Assembly: GCA_016198685.1 (NCBI GenBank)
Contig: JACQID010000008.1
Coordinates: forward strand, 1-64,000
Source: Candidatus Aenigmatarchaeota archaeon
GTDB lineage: Archaea; Aenigmatarchaeota; Aenigmatarchaeia; GW2011-AR5
DNA length: 64,000 nucleotides
Reading direction: 5' to 3'
Below the pieces are notes generated by a model, which was not told where the DNA came from, made no database searches, and worked only from the letters and a program-made list of their open reading frames with translations. Numbering within the stretch: the first letter of the stretch is position 1; every line of letters starts with the position of its first letter. Positions 46,818 to 56,650 of this stretch are shown here, in pieces. The position numbers and the translations under genes were made by a program.

Positions 46818-48619
46818 AAATCTCCCTCTATTTTCTCCATGAGGGATTCAGGCGAGGCATAGAATGAATCAAGAATGGCTCCGACTTTTCTAAAGTCTTC
46901 TATACCTTTCTTGAACATCCAGTTTATTACTTTTCCTCGTTTCTCCAGTTCTTCTTTCATACGGCTGTGTGATATGCCCATTGATTCGGCTACCTTCTTC
47001 AGAGCGACGCTCTTGTTTTTTGCAATATATCTGTCGTTCTTCGGGTCCCAAGCGAACACCTCATCCATAATAGGCGCCTTGGTCTTATCGTCGAATCCTA
47101 TGACCTCAACAAGAGAGCTTATCCTCCTGATGTATTTCCTGCCGCGCTTGAAGCGCTTAAGGAATATTATCACGTCCAAATTCTGCATAAGGTAAGGTGG
47201 CAATCCTATGGGTTCTGTCGTTAGCCTGTCTATGAGCTTGTTGAAATCCTCAGCGTGTATGGTTGAGAGGCCTGCATGGCCTACGGCCATCTGTTGGAAC
47301 AGCACATAGGCTTCCTTGCCTCTAACTTCACCTACGATGATATAGTCAGGTCTTTGCCTCAAGGACTCCTTCAGAAGTTCGAACATGTCGACTTGCGTTC
47401 TGTTCTCGGAAACCGAGACTCTCGACACTTCAGGCACCCAATGGGAATGCGGCAGCCTCAGTTCAGCGGTATCCTCAATGCTGACTATCTTCATCTGCGG
47501 CTTAATGAAAAGCGATAGGACATTAAGGAAAGATGTCTTGCCGGTTGCCGTCCCGCCTGAAACGAGAAAGCTTTTGCCGTATTCTATGAGCATCCAGCAA
47601 TATGCAAGTATAGCTGTATCCGACGTTCGGTATTTTATCAGGTCGACAGGCGTTAAAGGCTTTTCAGTAAACATTCTGATGGTAAAATTGCTCCCCCTTC
47701 TTGCGATGTCGCTGCCCAGAGTGGCCTGAACTCTCGATCCGTCAGGAAGCGTGCCGTCAAGAAGCGGGTGCGTTATAGATATGGTCTTCCCGCACCTTTC
47801 GCCCAGACGGTTTGCAAATGAATCCAGCTCCCTTGTATCGTCGAATTTGATGTTCGTTCTCACTGAGCCAAGACGCGAGTCTCTATGATACACGTAAATA
47901 TTAACGCTCTTGCCGTCGCACGATATGTCTTCTATATTTTTGTCCGCTAGCAGCGGCTCTATCTTGCCCATCCCAACGAAGTCGCGCATGACATAATATC
48001 TTAGTGCCGCCCTTTTCGAAGGATCGGTTCTGTGGCCGAAGTATCTTATTGCATTATCCACGAATTTGTCTATGTATCGTTCTATGCCCGCAGTGCGTAT
48101 TTCTGAGAAGTTTATGTCGACTTTTTCCTGTATGTAGTTCTTTATCTCTTCTATCATGGAAATATCTTGCGGGCTTATTTGCGGTTCAATAACCTCGTAA
48201 ACGAGTTCTTGCCCGCGTTTATCATAAAATATACGGACGCTGATTTCAACTCCAGGGGTTGAGAAACTCCGGAACTCCAACGGGTATTGTATGCTTATTG
48301 TCTCAAGGCCGCTCGTTTTTTCTGGCTCTGCGCTTTGTTCTTCTTCTGGCTCCTGTTCAGTATGTATAACAGGTATAGGCACGCCTTCCTCTATCATCTT
48401 AAGGAACGGTCCTGTAGGCATCCCTCTGGGAGTGTATTCGTCGTTTCCGGGTTGCTGCCACGGGAAGCCGAAAGGTTGCATCTGCCCGACAAACCCTCCG
48501 GTCATTGCAATATTATTTGCCGGCGTCGGTGTTTCTCGCTCACGAGGCTGGTCTTTTTTCAGCCCGACCTTGAGCTTTCGCCCGCCAAATCTTACATATA
48601 CAGAACGCGCTTCATCCAT
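46814..48619 (-). CDS. Type IV pilus assembly ATPase (FlaI/TadA/VirB11 family)
   Basis: GGTATGKTS, IEDTAEL, LRQRPDYIIVGEVRG, GHAGLSTIHA. Confidence 0.95.
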   Translation of the reverse strand: MDEARSVYVRFGGRKLKVGLKKDQPRERETPTPANNIAMTGGFVGQMQPFGFPWQQPGNDEYTPRGMPTGPFLKMIEEGVPIPVIHTEQEPEEEQSAEPEKTSGLETISIQYPLEFRSFSTPGVEISVRIFYDKRGQELVYEVIEPQISPQDISMIEEIKNYIQEKVDINFSEIRTAGIERYIDKFVDNAIRYFGHRTDPSKRAALRYYVMRDFVGMGKIEPLLADKNIEDISCDGKSVNIYVYHRDSRLGSVRTNIKFDDTRELDSFANRLGERCGKTISITHPLLDGTLPDGSRVQATLGSDIARRGSNFTIRMFTEKPLTPVDLIKYRTSDTAILAYCWMLIEYGKSFLVSGGTATGKTSFLNVLSLFIKPQMKIVSIEDTAELRLPHSHWVPEVSRVSVSENRTQVDMFELLKESLRQRPDYIIVGEVRGKEAYVLFQQMAVGHAGLSTIHAEDFNKLIDRLTTEPIGLPPYLMQNLDVIIFLKRFKRGRKYIRRISSLVEVIGFDDKTKAPIMDEVFAWDPKNDRYIAKNKSVALKKVAESMGISHSRMKEELEKRGKVINWMFKKGIEDFRKVGAILDSFYASPESLMEKIEGDL

Positions 48620-48623
48620 GCTT

Positions 48624-49076
48624 TTAACCTGCCGAGAGCCTTAGACCGCTTCCTTCCTTGCGGATTTCCACAAATTCGGATCCGCTTGTAGCAAAGCCTG
48701 ATATAATATCAATGTCGCCGACTATATTAAAAATTTTTTCGCGTATTCCCTCGCCTGAGGAGCTTGTAAGATTCAGATAACAATTGCTGCTTGATAAACA
48801 GTTCCCGCCGGTTTCTGATTCGAGTCTTATGTAATAGCTGCTCTCAGATATAGTGGCAGGAACCCTGATGCGTATTGCGCCATTGGGGAGTTCCGATGCC
48901 TTGGCCATCGCAGATTTTACGCTGTTTGAAACCGATTCAAACTGGCTTCTTGCCGATGCGCCCTTTACCGTTTCTGAAACCCCGGAGAAGCTGATTATCA
49001 TATAGCTGGCAAGAAGGATGCCTATCGCGAAGAAAAGAACTTCCATTATTATCCTATACTGGCCTCGCATAAGCAA
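48624..49076 (-). CDS. Pilin-like protein with class III signal peptide
   Basis: MLMRG/QYRIIMEVLFFAIG. Confidence 0.78.
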   Translation of the reverse strand: MLMRGQYRIIMEVLFFAIGILLASYMIISFSGVSETVKGASARSQFESVSNSVKSAMAKASELPNGAIRIRVPATISESSYYIRLESETGGNCLSSSNCYLNLTSSSGEGIREKIFNIVGDIDIISGFATSGSEFVEIRKEGSGLRLSAG

Positions 49077-49103
49077 TAATCGGCAGGTACGGCTTAAAAG
49101 CTC

Positions 49104-49709
49104 TTATGCCTCTATGGACACGCTCACGAGCGACTTCTTTTCGTTTGTTCCAGTGTCACCGAGTTTTTCCAAGACTATAAAGCTGTCTCTATTGCCAAGC
49201 TGCGGCCCTGGACTCTGAAGATCTATTTTCCTGCTTTCGATTGTCTGGCCTATCCTAAGCTCGACCGGCACAAGCGTGTAAGCGACAGAATATCTCCTGC
49301 ATGATTGGTCTCCTTTTTCTATGCAGGTGCTGAGTACGCACAATGTCAGTGGTGAATTGTCCTGCCAGAAACCCTGGCTTATTCCGCAATCATTACGGCC
49401 TAGCGGTATTTCGGCCTCTGAATCGTAAAGAGTTCCGGATGTTATCATTCTCATTTCTATTTTTTCCGTTGCCGGATCGAAAGAGACATCCGAGTCCACA
49501 GTAACGGGTATTCTTACCCTACCTCCGTTGTTTGCCACTTCCTTGAGGCTGTTTTCAAGGTTGATCATGAAATTGCGGGAATTTTCAAGTGAAGAAGCGT
49601 CTCTTGTCTTGTCAAGAAGCGGAAGCCCTATTGCGGTGACTGCAGTGACTACGGCTATAAGGATGCCTGTAAGTAATACGGAAGAAACTATCTGTTCGAC
49701 TCCCTTCAT
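49104..49709 (-). CDS. Pilin-like protein with class III signal peptide
   Basis: MKG/VEQIVSSVLLTGILI. Confidence 0.78.
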   Translation of the reverse strand: MKGVEQIVSSVLLTGILIAVVTAVTAIGLPLLDKTRDASSLENSRNFMINLENSLKEVANNGGRVRIPVTVDSDVSFDPATEKIEMRMITSGTLYDSEAEIPLGRNDCGISQGFWQDNSPLTLCVLSTCIEKGDQSCRRYSVAYTLVPVELRIGQTIESRKIDLQSPGPQLGNRDSFIVLEKLGDTGTNEKKSLVSVSIEA

Positions 49710-49710
49710 T

Positions 49711-50106
49711 CTAGCGCCCTCTCTTGAATTTCATGTTGGGCATTGTAGTGAGAATCAGTGCGTTGAGTCTTTTCTCGAGCTTGGCAAGCTTTTCGTTCAC
49801 TTTTGCGGAGTTCTCGTCCGATTTCTTGCCCGACTCCTCTATGTCAGTTTCAGAAGCAATTTCGAGCTTCTGCATGAAGTCAGTGAGATTTTCATTGAGA
49901 GAATTAACGGATTCCATGAGCTTGGCAACACGGTCTACGAGGTCGGAATTAACCTTTATCATTTCATCGACAATGGTCTGGTTTGATTTTACGACTTCAA
50001 CCAGCGCCTTTGTAGATTCACCGCCTCCGGTGTTTTCCATTTGCTCTATTTTTTTCTCAAGTCTTCTTATCGGTCCTATAGGCACAAGTTCGTATTCCTC
50101 TTCCAT
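49711..50106 (-). CDS. Coiled-coil protein heading the pilus operon
   Basis: ELVPIGPIRRLEKKI followed by long heptad repeats. Confidence 0.75.
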   Translation of the reverse strand: MEEEYELVPIGPIRRLEKKIEQMENTGGGESTKALVEVVKSNQTIVDEMIKVNSDLVDRVAKLMESVNSLNENLTDFMQKLEIASETDIEESGKKSDENSAKVNEKLAKLEKRLNALILTTMPNMKFKRGR

Positions 50107-50172
50107 TTTATCACCGCAATTATAATTATGATATTCTCATAATTAATGGCTGATTGTATATAAAGATTAGTT

Positions 50173-50200
50173 GCCTTTCCCAATGCTCAATAGGAAAGGC
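50173..50200 (-). terminator. Hairpin downstream of the thermosome gene
   Basis: gcctttcc-N12-ggaaaggc next to a T-rich tract on the minus strand. Confidence 0.45.
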
Positions 50201-50227
50201 TAGAAAAAGGAAAATCTAAAATCGGCG

Positions 50228-51853
50228 CTACTCGCCCATCTCGCCGCCCGGCATGGGAGGAGCCGAAGTGCCTGTGGACTTGGACGTTATCACGTCGTCT
50301 ATCCTCAGTATCATTTCCGCAGCTTCGGAAGCCGATGTAATGGCCTGAGTCTTTGTTTTTAACGGCTCTACAACGCCCATCTGCTTCATGTCAGCGACGC
50401 CCGCCTTGAACACGTCAACCCCCATCGTTTCCCCGCCTTTGTCGTGTTTTGTACGGAGGTCTACTAGAATGTCTATCGGGTCGCGGCCCGTGCTTTCAGC
50501 CAGTGTGCGAGGTATAATCTCAAGGGCTTCTGCGAAGGCATTTATTGCAAGCTGCTCTCGTCCGCCAACTGAATCAGCGTAAGTCTTCAGGCGCCTTGAA
50601 AGCTCGATTTCAGACGATCCGCCTCCGAAAACCACCTTTCCGTTTTCAAGGGCGGCTATGATGCCGAGAACTGCATCATCCATTCCCCTCTTGACTTCAT
50701 CAACGACATGCTCTGTGCTTCCGCGCGCAAGTATGGAAACTGCCTTCGGATCTTTGCACTCTCTTACAAAAATCATCTGGTCGCCGGCTATTTTTCTTTC
50801 CTCAACAAGCCCTGCGTAGCCAAGATCCGTCTTGGAAAGTTCGTCAACACTAGAGATTATCTTTGCGCCTGTAGCCTTGGCCAGCATTTCTATGTCGCTT
50901 TTTTTGACGCGTCTTGCAGCGGTTATGTTATTCTTGGCAAGATAATGCTGGGCTAAATCGTCTATGCCTTTCTGGCAAAAAGCGACGTTGGCGCCGCTGT
51001 CCACGACTTTCTTTACCATGCTCTTGAGCATTGCGCTTTCCTGTTCAAGGAAGGCCTGCAGCTGCTCAGGCGTATTTACGCGTATCTCTGTCGTCCTTTC
51101 TGTTTCCTTTACTTCCAAAGCGCAATCGAGCAGCGCTATCTTGGCGCCTTTTATGATTTTGGGCATTCCGGGATGAACTACCTCCTTGTCAATAACGAGG
51201 CCTTTTATCAATTCGGAATCCTCCACGCTCGCGCCATGCTTCTTTTCTATCTTGATATCATCCTTGTTTATCTTGACAGAACCGTCTTGCTTCTCAGCAA
51301 CGAGCTTCACCGCCTGTACTGCAAGTGCAGAAAGACTGTCTTTAGCTGTTTCGCCGCTCTTGCCTGTAATTGCAGTCGTGGCTATTTTCTTGAGAAGATC
51401 TTCGTCTTCAAGAGAAACCTTTGTAGCGAAGGAATTCAGTACTTCTATAGACTTGGATTTTGCCAGCCTGTAGCCTCTTACTATGACCGTGGGATGCACT
51501 TCCTGCTCCAGAAGGCCTTCGGCTTTCTTCAAAAGTTCGCCGGCTATAACAACCGCAGTTGTTGTGCCGTCACCAACCTCATTTTCCTGGGTCTTGGCAA
51601 CTTCGACTATCATTTTAGCCGCAGGATGCTCAACTTCCATCTCTTCAAGTATCGTGACGCCGTCATTGGTTATGGTTACATCGCCAATAGAATTGACCAG
51701 CATCTTGTCCATGCCTTTCGGTCCCAATGTCGTTCGGACGCTCTCTGCAACGGCCTTTGCGGCCGCTATATTCCTGCTTTGGGCATCCTTGCCTGTATTC
51801 CTGAGCGAGCCCTCAGGTAATATGAATATCGGCTGTCCTCCAAGCTGATTCAT
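50228..51853 (-). CDS. ths: Thermosome subunit (group II chaperonin)
   Basis: [32 protein letters not shown]; GGAGGTG RBS. Confidence 0.98.
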   Translation of the reverse strand: MNQLGGQPIFILPEGSLRNTGKDAQSRNIAAAKAVAESVRTTLGPKGMDKMLVNSIGDVTITNDGVTILEEMEVEHPAAKMIVEVAKTQENEVGDGTTTAVVIAGELLKKAEGLLEQEVHPTVIVRGYRLAKSKSIEVLNSFATKVSLEDEDLLKKIATTAITGKSGETAKDSLSALAVQAVKLVAEKQDGSVKINKDDIKIEKKHGASVEDSELIKGLVIDKEVVHPGMPKIIKGAKIALLDCALEVKETERTTEIRVNTPEQLQAFLEQESAMLKSMVKKVVDSGANVAFCQKGIDDLAQHYLAKNNITAARRVKKSDIEMLAKATGAKIISSVDELSKTDLGYAGLVEERKIAGDQMIFVRECKDPKAVSILARGSTEHVVDEVKRGMDDAVLGIIAALENGKVVFGGGSSEIELSRRLKTYADSVGGREQLAINAFAEALEIIPRTLAESTGRDPIDILVDLRTKHDKGGETMGVDVFKAGVADMKQMGVVEPLKTKTQAITSASEAAEMILRIDDVITSKSTGTSAPPMPGGEMGE

Positions 51854-52029
51854 TATTCACGCACCTCCTGTATAGTAGGGCATTTGCCCTACGATATAAT
51901 CTAGGCAATATTTAAAAAAGTGTACTTTAATGCTCCAAAGCGGCAGGAAGCGCAGAAAACGGCCTTTCAGTGGGCCAAACGCCGCTCTGTTTGCATGGAT
52001 TTAAGTTTTGCGAATTAAGTAGCAGTCAG

Positions 52030-52144
52030 GGGCCGGTAGCTCAGTCGGTAGAGCATCAAAGTGATGTGCACGTCTTATATGACGGCTGAGTATTATGCCA
52101 TCTAGGCAAACTGAAGGTCGGGAGTTCGATTCTCCCCCGGCCCA
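52030..52144 (+). tRNA. tRNA-Ile(TAT) with two introns: 29/30 (52059-52071) and 37/38 (52080-52108)
   Basis: Removing both gives TCAGT-CTTATAA-ACTGA and a 73-nt cloverleaf; BHB helices GCAT/GTGC and CTTA/TAGG. Confidence 0.9.
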
Positions 52145-52448
52145 TTTCTTTCCTATTCATGTTTTCATCACGGATGCTAATTTTGATTTTGGTGATATTG
52201 GACGATTGCAATCGGCGTGCTGCCGATAAAAACGTTTTCAGTTGTTCTGATTATATATTGCTCTTTCGTCGGTTTGTAATTAACTGATTGTTCATGTGCG
52301 AGGATAGTTTCAGGCGTGTCCATGTATCATCAAATAAAATTGAATGCATGCGCAAATTCGGTAAGTAAAGTTTATTTTACGATGTCTATGACCGCAACTT
52401 ATATATATGGGCCGTTGTCATAGCATTATTATAAATAATAGGTGAAAA

Positions 52449-52520
52449 ATGATGGCAGCTAAAAAGAAGAAAGCCGTGAAAAGAACAACAAAGAAAACGG
52501 CCAAGAAGAAAAAACGATAA
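52449..52520 (+). CDS. 23-aa Lys-rich basic peptide
   Basis: MMAAKKKKAVKRTTKKTAKKKKR; AGGTGA RBS, upstream TATA-like boxes, downstream T-rich tract; not in the ORF track. Confidence 0.75.
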   Translation: MMAAKKKKAVKRTTKKTAKKKKR

Positions 52521-52617
52521 ATAAATTCTTTCTTTTTCTTTTTTTGATTCTCAGAAGTGTAATTTTTTATAAAAAATCAAGTAGCCTTCTCGACTTCTAT
52601 TCTCAAGCTTGACGGAT

Positions 52618-53085
52618 TTAACCGTGATAATCTGTAGTCTCGCTCTTGAACTTGAGATCCTGCCAGCCCGCGGAAAGCTTCTTGCACATATGCTTCACTT
52701 CCTTTTTCATGTCGTTGTTCCAGAACTGCCATGTCTCACGTATCCATTCGGCAACGTCTTCTTCCTCGGGATCCATCAGGAGCATATTATTTTTCCATTT
52801 GAGAACCTGCAGCCTCTTATAGAGCTCAAAGAGCTTCTGCTTCTCTTCTTTCGTTATCATGTGCTGTTCATAGAAGCCGGAGAGCGAATCAACATCGCCT
52901 ATCATGGGTTCTATCATTCTTTCAGTGAAGGAGAAGACTCGGTTGGAGATTTCTGATCTGATCTGTTCAAATATTTCTCCTTCCTCTTCTATTTCAAAGT
53001 TGAAAGTTTCTTTTAATTCGGTCAGGTGCGGCAGGCTGAACTTGGTTTGGAATTTTTTATACTTCTCCAGAACGTCGGGTTGCAT
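52618..53085 (-). CDS. Conserved hypothetical protein (155 aa)
   Basis: KYKKFQTKFSLP...F-x-F-E-I pattern; all-helical composition. Confidence 0.8.
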   Translation of the reverse strand: MQPDVLEKYKKFQTKFSLPHLTELKETFNFEIEEEGEIFEQIRSEISNRVFSFTERMIEPMIGDVDSLSGFYEQHMITKEEKQKLFELYKRLQVLKWKNNMLLMDPEEEDVAEWIRETWQFWNNDMKKEVKHMCKKLSAGWQDLKFKSETTDYHG

Positions 53086-53115
53086 CGTATAATAAATCTG
53101 GCAAACTATATAAAT

Positions 53116-53210
53116 TATAGTTAGCCAAGTTAAGCGGGAATATTAGACTCGGCTAACTGTATGTGACGAAGTTCTATGATTATGTATTAAAATTATCTTG
53201 GCCAGCTATA
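53116..53210. other. Nested inverted repeats in the divergent intergenic region upstream of pyrH
   Basis: 53116-53129 tatagttagccaag can pair with 53148-53158 or with 53197-53210. Confidence 0.55.
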
Positions 53211-53229
53211 TTCTGCGGATGTGGAATGC

Positions 53230-53889
53230 ATGAAGGTTGTAATAAAGATTGGAGGATCGGTTGCAATAAACGAAATGGGAATTAATTCCCACTATTTTTC
53301 TCAGATGCTTCCAATCCTAAAGATGATCGAGAAGGGCAATGAGGTCTCCCTATGCATAGGCGGAGGGCGCATAGTGAGAAATTATTTCGCGTCTGCGCGC
53401 GCCCTTGGCATGACAGAAAGAGAAATGGAACTTATAGGCATAGATATGATCAAGGCGCATGTCCGTTTCCTTGCATTTCTCACTAAAAAGACACCGATTT
53501 TTTCACGTGAAGAGATAAAAGCCAAGAATATGGTGATAGGAGGTCTTGAACCAGGAAAAAGCACTGACCATAGTGCTGCGCTCCTCGCTTCAATCATAAA
53601 AGCGGATATGTTTGTGAAGATGACGAACGTTGCAGGCATATATGACAAAGATCCTGCAACGCATGAAGGAGCAAAACTGATAGAATGCATGTCATTTTCG
53701 CAGCTTAAGGGCTATGCCAGCAGCGGAACTCCCGGTAATTACGGCATCCTGGACGCGGCGGCTATAGAAATAATAGTCAGAGAAAAAATAACCACCGTTA
53801 TAATGGACGGAAGAACGCCGGAAAACCTTGCCAAGGCGCTGTCGTTGCAGACAGGAACGATCATCAAAGAAACATTACAAGGAAAATAA
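53230..53889 (+). CDS. pyrH: Uridylate kinase
   Basis: VIKIGGSV, GGGRIVR, GGLEPGKSTD, TNVAGIYDKDP. Confidence 0.93.
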   Translation: MKVVIKIGGSVAINEMGINSHYFSQMLPILKMIEKGNEVSLCIGGGRIVRNYFASARALGMTEREMELIGIDMIKAHVRFLAFLTKKTPIFSREEIKAKNMVIGGLEPGKSTDHSAALLASIIKADMFVKMTNVAGIYDKDPATHEGAKLIECMSFSQLKGYASSGTPGNYGILDAAAIEIIVREKITTVIMDGRTPENLAKALSLQTGTIIKETLQGK

Positions 53890-54159
53890 TGAATAGGAAT
53901 AACCCGAGTATTGTTCCAACCGCATCTTCTATTGTGAGCTTCATAAAGTAGATATGGGATGGCCACCTTATAAAACTTTCTAGTCCTTATTACGGCCGAT
54001 GAATGCAACTTTTGCCCTGCAGGAATTATACGGCTAAATACTTATGTTCAATCCTATAATTATACTCAAAGATGCAATTTACGGAAATTAATGCGGCTTT
54101 GTATATGCAAAGGACGCCATTAAATGCCCGATTATCAATATCCTTCAGTATAATTGCAA

Positions 54160-54257
54160 GGGCTCGTGGTCTAGCGGCTATTTTCCGAAAACGGAAAAAC
54201 GCAAATGACGCAACCTTCACATGGTTGAGGCCGGCGGTTCAAATCCGCCCGGGCCCA
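54160..54257 (+). tRNA. tRNA-Val(CAC) with a 25-nt D-loop intron (54180-54204)
   Basis: GGGCTCG/CGGGCCC; CAACC-TTCACAT-GGTTG; intron A-TTTTCCG-AAAA-CGGAAAA-ACGC-AA. Confidence 0.94.
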
Positions 54258-54268
54258 TTGGTGATGGA

Positions 54269-55252
54269 ATGAAAGCTACAGCAAAGGCGAATGCAAATAT
54301 AGCTCTGATAAAATATTGGGGCAAACGTGACGAAGCGTTGATATTGCCGTATAATTCATCAATATCAATGACTTGCGATGCCATGGAAACCATTACTACA
54401 GTAGAATTCTCGGAAAATTACGACACAGATACGGCAATCATAAATGATGAGGAGCTGTCCTCGGATCAGAAGCGTGTCTATGACCATATAGGCATGATTA
54501 GAAAAATGGCAGGAATAAAGGAAAAAGCAAAGATAGTTTCCGAAAGCAATTTTCCACTTGCTGCGGGATTGGCTTCTTCTGCCTCCGGTTTTGCAGCTCT
54601 TACCGTTGCGGCCGTCGCCGCCGCGGGGTTGAAACTCCCGGAAAAAGAACTGTCCATTATCGCTCGGCAAGGCTCCGGCTCCGCTTGCCGCTCCATACTC
54701 GGAGGTTTTGTTGAATGGAAGAAAGGCAGCAAGTCCTCGGATTCATATGCCGAACAGATAGCAGGCAAGGATTATTGGAAGGATTTCAGGATGATAGCTA
54801 CCATAGTCAAGGAAGGGAGGAAAGCGATTTCATCCCGTTCCGGTATGTCGCAGACAGTGAAGAACTCGCCCTATTACAGCGGCTGGCTCTCTTCGATAGA
54901 GGAAGATCTAAACAGGATGAGAGAAGCGATACGCTCACGAGATTTCGCATCTGCAGGCAGCATTGCAGAGTACAATGCTCTAAAAATGCATTGCACCATG
55001 ATGACATCCAAGCCGCCCATCATGTATTGGAAGCCTGCAACTGTTGAAATAATGAACGCGGTGATGGCATGGCGAGAGGATTTGGAATCATATTTCACAA
55101 TGGATGCGGGTCCTAACGTTAAAGTCATGTGCATGAAGAAAGATGAAAAAGAGCTATGTCAGAGGCTCTCAGAATTGGAGGGAGTTGTAAAGACAATATC
55201 CTGCGCCCCAGGAAGCGGCGCGGCTCTTAGTCAAAAGCATTTGTTTGATTGA
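54269..55252 (+). CDS. mvaD: Diphosphomevalonate decarboxylase
   Basis: NIALIKYWGK, GLASSASG, GSGSACRS, YFTMDAGPNV; start set at 54269 because the longer frame overlaps tRNA-Val. Confidence 0.95.
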   Translation: MKATAKANANIALIKYWGKRDEALILPYNSSISMTCDAMETITTVEFSENYDTDTAIINDEELSSDQKRVYDHIGMIRKMAGIKEKAKIVSESNFPLAAGLASSASGFAALTVAAVAAAGLKLPEKELSIIARQGSGSACRSILGGFVEWKKGSKSSDSYAEQIAGKDYWKDFRMIATIVKEGRKAISSRSGMSQTVKNSPYYSGWLSSIEEDLNRMREAIRSRDFASAGSIAEYNALKMHCTMMTSKPPIMYWKPATVEIMNAVMAWREDLESYFTMDAGPNVKVMCMKKDEKELCQRLSELEGVVKTISCAPGSGAALSQKHLFD

Positions 55253-55646
55253 TATGATTCTGCATGATACGGCTTCGATAGTAGTTGAGAAAGAAAATAA
55301 AGTCCTTCTCGTGAAGCGAGCTACGCGCCCTGAAAAGGGTTATTGGACAGTGCCTGGCGGGCACGTGGATGCGGGTGAGACGTTCAGGCAAGCTGCACAG
55401 CGCGAGGCCATAGAAGAAGTAGGCGGTGTCACTATTGAGGGTTCGCAGATGATGTCTTTTATCCATGATGCAGACATATGCCACAGGCACAAGGCGCATG
55501 TATTCCGGGGAAACGTCACAGGCAAAATTATTGCAGGAAGCGATGCCGCCGATTTTGGCTGGTTTTCTTTGAATGAAATGAAGAAAATGGACATAACGCA
55601 TTATACCAAAAAAATTCTGAATAAGCTTTGTGAGGAAAAAGCATGA
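55245..55646 (+). CDS. Nudix hydrolase
   Basis: Complete Nudix box GGHVDAGETFRQAAQREAIEEVG. Confidence 0.93.
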   Translation: MIDMILHDTASIVVEKENKVLLVKRATRPEKGYWTVPGGHVDAGETFRQAAQREAIEEVGGVTIEGSQMMSFIHDADICHRHKAHVFRGNVTGKIIAGSDAADFGWFSLNEMKKMDITHYTKKILNKLCEEKA

Positions 55647-56650
55647 ATGTTTCCGCGCCGGGCAAGATAATAATAATCGGGGAGCATGCTGTCGTCTATG
55701 GCAAGCCTGCCATAATAGCTGCGGTTAACAAGCGCTGTAATGTTGCGATCAAGAAAGCTAAGACCATAACGGTTAGCTCGCCTCTGATAAAAGCCGTCTT
55801 GAATTTTTCAGCACCAGAAGCCATTGAACGTTCCGAAAAAGCTGATGCTCTCTGGAAAAAATGCGCTGAAGCGAAGGACTTCAGTGCGCTCTTTGCAGCT
55901 ACGAAGAATAACGGCGATGCCCTGAAGGCAGGAATAGGCAAGATACTGCGTGAATTCAGGATAGATGGCGGAGCGGATATTAAGATAGATTCCGATATAC
56001 CTATAGGTTACGGGATGGGGTCTTCTGCCGCTCTGGCCGTTTCTTTGACTAAGGCCATTACATCGCTTTACGGAAAGAATGTTGCGCTTGAGGAGTTAAA
56101 CGCAGTTGCATACAAATTGGAACAATATTCCCACGGCACGCCTTCAGGAGGAGACAATACAGCTTCCTGCTTTGGTGGCGTCATGCGATACGTCAAAGAG
56201 CCTAAAACTATGGAGCGGTTGGATCTAGGCAAACTCGAGAACTTTATTCTTATTTACTGCGCGCCGCCAATGAAAACTACAGGAGAACTTGTCCAGAGCG
56301 TACGCAATCTTGACGCTGCGTTTAGGGCGGAAAGGGTGGATGCGCTTGGATTGCTGGCAGAACGCATGCTCGGCGCTTTGCGCAAGAGAGATCATGCGGA
56401 AATAAAACATATAATCAACGAGGCGCAGAAAAATCTTCAGGAACTCGGCGTTTCTACACCTGAAATAGACAAAGTCTGCAAGAGAGTGGAAAAAACAGGC
56501 GGAGCCGCCAAACTCTGCGGAGCCGGTGGCGGCGGCGTTGTGATGTGCTATCATGAAGACGCTGCCAAGCTCGAGGCTGCCGTGCGCGCTGGGGGTTACG
56601 AGCCGCAGCATGTACAGCTCGGAGCAGAAGGCGTCATGATAGATTCATAA
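55643..56650 (+). CDS. mvk: Mevalonate kinase
   Basis: PGKIIIIGEHAVVYG, PIGYGMGSSAA, PSGGD, KLCGAGGGG. Confidence 0.95.
   Translation: MNVSAPGKIIIIGEHAVVYGKPAIIAAVNKRCNVAIKKAKTITVSSPLIKAVLNFSAPEAIERSEKADALWKKCAEAKDFSALFAATKNNGDALKAGIGKILREFRIDGGADIKIDSDIPIGYGMGSSAALAVSLTKAITSLYGKNVALEELNAVAYKLEQYSHGTPSGGDNTASCFGGVMRYVKEPKTMERLDLGKLENFILIYCAPPMKTTGELVQSVRNLDAAFRAERVDALGLLAERMLGALRKRDHAEIKHIINEAQKNLQELGVSTPEIDKVCKRVEKTGGAAKLCGAGGGGVVMCYHEDAAKLEAAVRAGGYEPQHVQLGAEGVMIDS

Noticed and set aside
52030-52144. Single-intron readings of this tRNA with a GAT or CAT anticodon
   Set aside because: They do not restore a 5-bp anticodon stem or satisfy BHB geometry; the two-intron TAT model does both
52140-52190. 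Box C-like GUGAUGA on the minus strand as a C/D sRNA
   Set aside because: No box D (CUGA) at a suitable distance
52177-52323. 48-aa minus-strand ORF (MDTPETILAHEQ...) after tRNA-Ile
   Set aside because: No clear RBS or motif; too weak to list
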